Part shown: piece after piece, positions 59,565 to 64,000 of the stretch
How positions within the stretch are numbered: the stretch's first letter is position 1
Layout: every line of letters starts with the position of its first letter
Notes under the pieces: generated by a model
The model's input: the letters and a program-made list of their open reading frames with translations, nothing else
Told to the model about the DNA's origin: nothing
Databases searched by the model: none
Source of the DNA: Candidatus Bathyarchaeota archaeon
GTDB taxonomy: Archaea > Thermoproteota > Bathyarchaeia > 40CM-2-53-6 > RBG-13-38-9
Direction: 5' to 3'
Length of the DNA stretch: 64,000 nucleotides
Assembly (NCBI GenBank): GCA_963807605.1
Contig: CAWECG010000003.1
Coordinates: 288,001-352,000 of the forward strand
Made by a program: the position numbers and the translations under genes

Positions 59565-60710
59565 TCATTGCTTTCTCTTGGTCTTCAAGCCTCTTCGCAA
59601 GAATCTCTTCTTCGATCTTGATTTCTCTGTCAGGAGGCGTTTGAGTCTGCTGGCCAGCTCATCATAGACGTTAGGTAACTCCCACCCCGCATGACTGTAT
59701 GTTACTTTGCCTCCGGGAGTTGTTATCGCAACGTCGACCTCGTACCTTCGCCTCTCCTTTCCTTTGACAGACTCGGAGGTCTTTATGATAGAGCGTGCCT
59801 CCTCGATCTCTGGGAAGACTTTTCTGAGGTTGTTTACGACATTTACAAACTTGGTTTTGGCAACCTCGGATTCGAAGGGGTCTTCTGGCAACCCGATTAT
59901 GTAGACTGGAATCTCCGCCTTGATCTCGGGCTCCGCGATCAACTTGATGTAGTCTCTTGGGGTGACTATCCCTTCAATCTCATCCAAGACAGTGATGAGA
60001 GCATAGGTCTTCTCCGCCCGCAGCATATCCCTCAACACTTCAGAGGCCTCTTTTTCAGCCTGACATTGCAATGGCTCCGTCTCCATCAGAGATTTGACTT
60101 GGAACCCGAGATTCCTTTGACCATCCAGTCCTAAGGTCTCACTTCCAATCCTCTCTCTGGGAACTAGATGGAAGACTATCTGACTTGACGTGATGATGCC
60201 TGAGACTTTCCTATCAGACGTCGCCGGCAGATGGTCGATCTTCTTATCAACCATCAGATTCTTGGCTTTTGCAACGGTATCTTCCTGAGATATCGTCATC
60301 AGACTACCTGAGGTCAAGGATTTTACTTGGAAATTCAGGAATCCCTTCTCCGACAATATCTCAAGGATCCTCTTCGCTGTCACCGCACCTGTGACTTCGC
60401 CATCTTCCACCACTGGCAGTGCTCTGAGTCGGAAGTCGGTCATGATCCTTGCAGCCCGGCCCAGACTGGTTGTCGGTGAAAGTCTAGTAGGATGTTCCAT
60501 CAGCGTAGCAGTCTTCGTGCTTGTCAGCTGGGGCACCTTCAGGATATCCCTCATAGTGACCATTCCAATCCTGCCGTTTTCGACAATGAAGATCTCATAC
60601 GCATTAAGCTCCTCCAGTACGCCGACAATCTTGGATATCGTATATGTCGGTGGAACGATCACAGCTGGGGTTTGGATTTCCTTAACTTCGATTCCCTTCA
60701 TAGCTTCCAT
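59565..60710 (-). CDS. Four-CBS-domain protein with C-terminal HPF/RaiA-like domain (candidate ribosome hibernation factor)
   Basis: Two Bateman modules, then a beta-alpha-beta-beta-beta-alpha domain (VYIIGL...YEVDVAI.T......S..GWEL..VYDEL..RL) and a basic tail. Confidence 0.75.
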   Translation of the reverse strand: MEAMKGIEVKEIQTPAVIVPPTYTISKIVGVLEELNAYEIFIVENGRIGMVTMRDILKVPQLTSTKTATLMEHPTRLSPTTSLGRAARIMTDFRLRALPVVEDGEVTGAVTAKRILEILSEKGFLNFQVKSLTSGSLMTISQEDTVAKAKNLMVDKKIDHLPATSDRKVSGIITSSQIVFHLVPRERIGSETLGLDGQRNLGFQVKSLMETEPLQCQAEKEASEVLRDMLRAEKTYALITVLDEIEGIVTPRDYIKLIAEPEIKAEIPVYIIGLPEDPFESEVAKTKFVNVVNNLRKVFPEIEEARSIIKTSESVKGKERRRYEVDVAITTPGGKVTYSHAGWELPNVYDELASRLKRLLTEKSRSKKRFLRRGLKTKRKQ

Positions 60711-60822
60711 GCCACAGCCGCTCCCATGGTTGATTCGGCAGAGAGAGTTAGAAGCCTGTTCTTAAATGTTGACATAGAATCGCCGCTTGGCAGCATGTAG
60801 ATTCTAACAGGCTTTCTCCATA

Positions 60823-62199
60823 TCAAGTCTTGTTGAACTTGTTCAATTGAGCGTGAATTCTTCTAATTGTCTCCGGAACATCCTGTTCATTGAGTACAAG
60901 GATTATCTGAGAGGTATGAGGTGCGAAAACGCCCCTCTTTATGTTTATGTCAGGAATGGCACCGATCGATATCGATGCTACTCCCGGTGAGTTTCTCATC
61001 TTGTCCCCGATGAGAGCGACTATTCCTAAACCATACTCCACGTTCATTTCTTTATCGAATGATTTGAGCTGCTCTTCGTGCCTCCTCACGAAGTTCGCGT
61101 CTAGAATCAAGAAGTCTCGTATGACTTGGCCGGTCTCCAGGACTTCGGCCCCAAGATCGAGAAAACCCTCGTAACCCTCCCATAATCTGAGGCAGTCTTC
61201 AAATGACCTGCTTCTATTGTTATTCATGGTGACGATAGCGCAGTCCCTCAGGCCGGTTATGCACTTGACAGTGTATGACGTCGGATCCTCAGCTTGGATT
61301 GTGGTTCCAAGGCTCAAATCTTTTAGTGGCGCGACCTTCATTTGCAGCCTCTGGGACATGGCCAGCCTTACAGCGGCGTTCTGAATTATTGTCATTCCGG
61401 AGATTGTAGCCTTGGATGCTTCATTGTAGGTCATTACTGGAATGTTCTGTAGTGTCTGATCATTGACTATTGCAGGATCCGCGCTCTGAACAGGCGTGTC
61501 CTTGAGAAGAACCGTTTCAAGGTCGTAATACTCCTTCAGGAGGCAGGAGAGAAATACTGCTGTCTGATCTGAACCACCTCTTCCCAACAGTGTTTCCAAG
61601 CCGTCATGCGTGATGCCTAGGAAGCCTGCGACTGAGACGGCGTTTCCCTCCTCCAAATATTGGAGAAGTCGTGACAGCCTTCTGCGGCTCCGCTCAAAAT
61701 CCAAGGCGGCATTTTCAAAGTCGTCGTCGGTTAATAGTGGCCAATCTGCCTTCCTTAGATAGCATGACTTAACGCCGTGAGATCTCAACACATAGCTCAT
61801 AAGAATCGAAGTCGGCAGTTCGCCTCCACTGGTGAGAACCTTGGCTCGCGCTGAACCGTCGAACCGTTTATCCACCTTGAGCAGTGTATCCTCAACATCA
61901 CGTCTACAATCTTGGAGAGCACTTCGAAATTCCTTGAGGAGAGCTTCTTCAACATAACGAGAAGATAGCTCTAAGAATGGAGTGAATACGGAGTCTAAGT
62001 CATAGACTCTACCTGCAGCCTTTGCTTCACCAATAGCCTGGAGCGTGTCGGTGACACCTTTTGGCGCCGAGAACACCGCGAGGGGTCCCACATCTTTGGT
62101 CGCTTTCATCTTCGAGAGGCACTTTACTATAGCTGGGATGTTCGTTCCAGAGAAATCTATCAGGCTGCCTCCGAATTTCGCAACGGCCAAGCTCTTCAA
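60823..62199 (-). CDS. lysC: Aspartate kinase
   Basis: VAKFGGS, FSA..GVTD, S.GE, GFLG....G..TLLGRGGSD, SADP, C-terminal ACT-like region. Confidence 0.9.
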   Translation of the reverse strand: MKSLAVAKFGGSLIDFSGTNIPAIVKCLSKMKATKDVGPLAVFSAPKGVTDTLQAIGEAKAAGRVYDLDSVFTPFLELSSRYVEEALLKEFRSALQDCRRDVEDTLLKVDKRFDGSARAKVLTSGGELPTSILMSYVLRSHGVKSCYLRKADWPLLTDDDFENAALDFERSRRRLSRLLQYLEEGNAVSVAGFLGITHDGLETLLGRGGSDQTAVFLSCLLKEYYDLETVLLKDTPVQSADPAIVNDQTLQNIPVMTYNEASKATISGMTIIQNAAVRLAMSQRLQMKVAPLKDLSLGTTIQAEDPTSYTVKCITGLRDCAIVTMNNNRSRSFEDCLRLWEGYEGFLDLGAEVLETGQVIRDFLILDANFVRRHEEQLKSFDKEMNVEYGLGIVALIGDKMRNSPGVASISIGAIPDINIKRGVFAPHTSQIILVLNEQDVPETIRRIHAQLNKFNKT

Positions 62200-62203
62200 T
62201 ATT

Positions 62204-62671
62204 TCACCTCAAGTGATTATTCGATCCTTCAGGTGAATCTAAGCAAGTATCATTCTGTTGTACCTTGAGTTCCTCAGCCCTAAATTCAATTCCGTCCCAC
62301 TGAAATGATCTGACTTCATCATCCATATTTGAGTAAATGAGGTGGGAAGACGAGGGGTGGTTAGCTTTGTGCTTGTCTGTTTCCGAGGGCTGGGCACGCC
62401 AGTGTGGATGACTATGATAGTATCCGAGAACCTCAAGGGATAGTTCATCAGCCTTCGTGAAGATGTCAAGTTGGTCTTGTGGGTTAATCTGATATGTGGT
62501 TTCGGATTCGAGTAGGTTCCTTGTAGGAAAAATCATTAGTACTCTCTTGGAGTCATTTTTTTTCGTTCCTAGAAGTATGCCGCAGGCTTCGATCGGAAAC
62601 ACCAGTCGGGAATGCTCAATGATTTTGTTCAAGTCTGATCTCTTGATTATGACGGTCATTTTGATTGCCAT
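62204..62671 (-). CDS. JAMM/MPN+ (M67) metalloprotease
   Basis: EACGILLG, YHSHP....PS..D. Confidence 0.9.
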   Translation of the reverse strand: MAIKMTVIIKRSDLNKIIEHSRLVFPIEACGILLGTKKNDSKRVLMIFPTRNLLESETTYQINPQDQLDIFTKADELSLEVLGYYHSHPHWRAQPSETDKHKANHPSSSHLIYSNMDDEVRSFQWDGIEFRAEELKVQQNDTCLDSPEGSNNHLR

Positions 62672-62685
62672 CTGCTATGAAATTC

Positions 62686-63033
62686 TCATGTTTCTGGAGA
62701 GGTTTCTTTTGTGAGCCATTGGAGGTATTCTCTTGAACCTCCAATTATTGGTAGTGCGACTATCTCTGGAATTTGGTAAGGATGGTTCTGTTTGACATCT
62801 TGCGTGATCTTCTTCAGAAGTCGTCTGCTAGACTTAATCAAAAGGAGTTTCTCGGACGTCTCTTCGACCTTCCCTTTCCATCGATAGACGCTCCTGACGC
62901 CTGTTATGATGTTGACGCATGCAGCCAATCTCTTTCTGATAATCGATGAGACTATTCTCTTTGCAGTCTTCGCGTCTGGACATGTGACAATAATCATTAT
63001 CAACAAATCTTCATGATTTCTTGTCTTGAACAT
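62686..63033 (-). CDS. cutA: Divalent-cation tolerance protein CutA
   Basis: RLAACVNI, S.YRWKG, HPYQIPEI. Confidence 0.93.
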   Translation of the reverse strand: MFKTRNHEDLLIMIIVTCPDAKTAKRIVSSIIRKRLAACVNIITGVRSVYRWKGKVEETSEKLLLIKSSRRLLKKITQDVKQNHPYQIPEIVALPIIGGSREYLQWLTKETSPET

Positions 63034-63130
63034 TTTACCACCTGAAGGCAGTAATTGTCGTTCATGAGGCGCGCGCGTTGGCACCGCCTCAAATAACGGG
63101 CTAGATATGTCATACTCAACTTTCGTTTAG

Positions 63131-63598
63131 TTACTTCTTCAATCTGACCTCTAGTACTCCATTATTGTAGGCCGTGTTGAAGCTGACCGCCCTAGCTGGT
63201 AACTTGATCACTTCATTGAACTCGAGTCCACCCTTAACCTCAAGCAGATCTTCATGAAGTAGAACCCTTATCTTCTCTTTGGGGCCAGGGACTTTGCCAA
63301 CTACCAAGATCTGGTTCCGGTCCTCTATAATGTCGGGGCTCCACCCTCTCGCCTCGAATGGTCTGATTCTCATCTCTTTCTTGAGGGTTCTTCTCGTCTC
63401 CAAAATCCAATAAACAGCAAGAACGGCGGCGAGACCTCCGAGTACGACTCCCAAGAGTCCTCTTTGGAGGCGTACAAGCATGGCCAGTATTACGGCGACC
63501 ACTACCACGCCTACCAAAACAGTCATTATGTCCGTTGTATCTGCGAGCTGTGGTCCGCGACGTTTCTTATAGAGAGTCATCGACAACTCCTCCAGCAC
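63131..63598 (-). CDS. Membrane-anchored Hsp20/alpha-crystallin-like protein
   Basis: Two TMs, then VPGP...LEV...LP...YNNGVLEVRL. Confidence 0.7.
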   Translation of the reverse strand: MLEELSMTLYKKRRGPQLADTTDIMTVLVGVVVVAVILAMLVRLQRGLLGVVLGGLAAVLAVYWILETRRTLKKEMRIRPFEARGWSPDIIEDRNQILVVGKVPGPKEKIRVLLHEDLLEVKGGLEFNEVIKLPARAVSFNTAYNNGVLEVRLKK

Positions 63599-64000
63599 TT
63601 AACTTTCAAGATTCACTGTTATGTAATGGAGCTCGACTACACCATCGATGTTTATGAGTACACCGAAGTTTAAATTTGATTCTTCCTGCCACATAAGAAT
63701 TCTGTCTGTCTTATCCTTCCAAGTTGATATGAAATTCTCCAGCAGTTGCTTTGTATTGTTCCACTGGCTGCTGGTAGTATAGTTCACTACTCCCTCATTG
63801 TATGATACTTGAGGGTTCAAAGCCGTAGGGGTTACGAGGTTTACTCTGGCTTGCTTGAACATATTTACAACAGTCATTCTTCTCTGTTCCAAGCTCTCTG
63901 TAGCTTGTGGAGGAGCTTTCTCTATCTTCGATACTTCAGTAAGATATTTTCTGTAAGCTTCCTCGGCGGTGTTACCGAGCCCGACGTAGTACTCGCCTGT
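63599..64000 (-). CDS. C-terminal part of a probable UPF0182-family membrane protein (runs off the window)
   Basis: Frame open to the window edge: TGEYYVGLGNTAEEAY...LNFGVL....GVVELHYI, recalled as the archaeal UPF0182 tail. Confidence 0.55.
   Translation of the reverse strand, partial: TGEYYVGLGNTAEEAYRKYLTEVSKIEKAPPQATESLEQRRMTVVNMFKQARVNLVTPTALNPQVSYNEGVVNYTTSSQWNNTKQLLENFISTWKDKTDRILMWQEESNLNFGVLINIDGVVELHYITVNLES

Noticed and set aside
351-63673. Numerous 60-180 aa ORFs antisense to or overlapping assigned genes
   Set aside because: Shadow ORFs of real genes with no motifs or independent start signals.

Overview
Archaeal chromosomal DNA, most consistent with a Bathyarchaeia/TACK lineage. 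Evidence: a TBP, two intron-containing tRNAs, a VPIPEF/PEF-CTERM surface protein, many TTG/GTG starts and a UPF0182-Hsp20 pair. The first ~25 kb is an accessory sulfur/metal region: large surface protein, cystathionine beta-synthase, cystathionine gamma-lyase, cysK, lplA, a DUF2318 + MacB-type ABC transporter, a BlaI-family repressor with an M56 peptidase, HtrA, SHOCT and Met/Gly-rich proteins, OsmC, DedA, YHS, CopA and an intact IS5-family element. The remainder mixes core genes (nth, trpS, lipA, tbp, alaX, thiL, aspartate kinase, JAMM, cutA) with orphan or decayed accessory genes. Two results stand out. (1) A tRNA-Thr(CGT) gene has a 24-nt intron at the highly unusual 8/9 junction, framed by a strict bulge-helix-bulge, and is preceded by a duplicate of its own 5' acceptor strand that could act as a folding decoy. 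(2) A palindrome, GCTTTACA-N5-TG(T/C)AAAGC, recurs in four promoters (surface protein, CBS, ABC/blaI divergent region, cysK), suggesting a BlaI/M56-controlled cysteine and envelope regulon. No CRISPR array, rRNA, integrase or reverse transcriptase was seen. All family calls come from motif recognition, not database searches.
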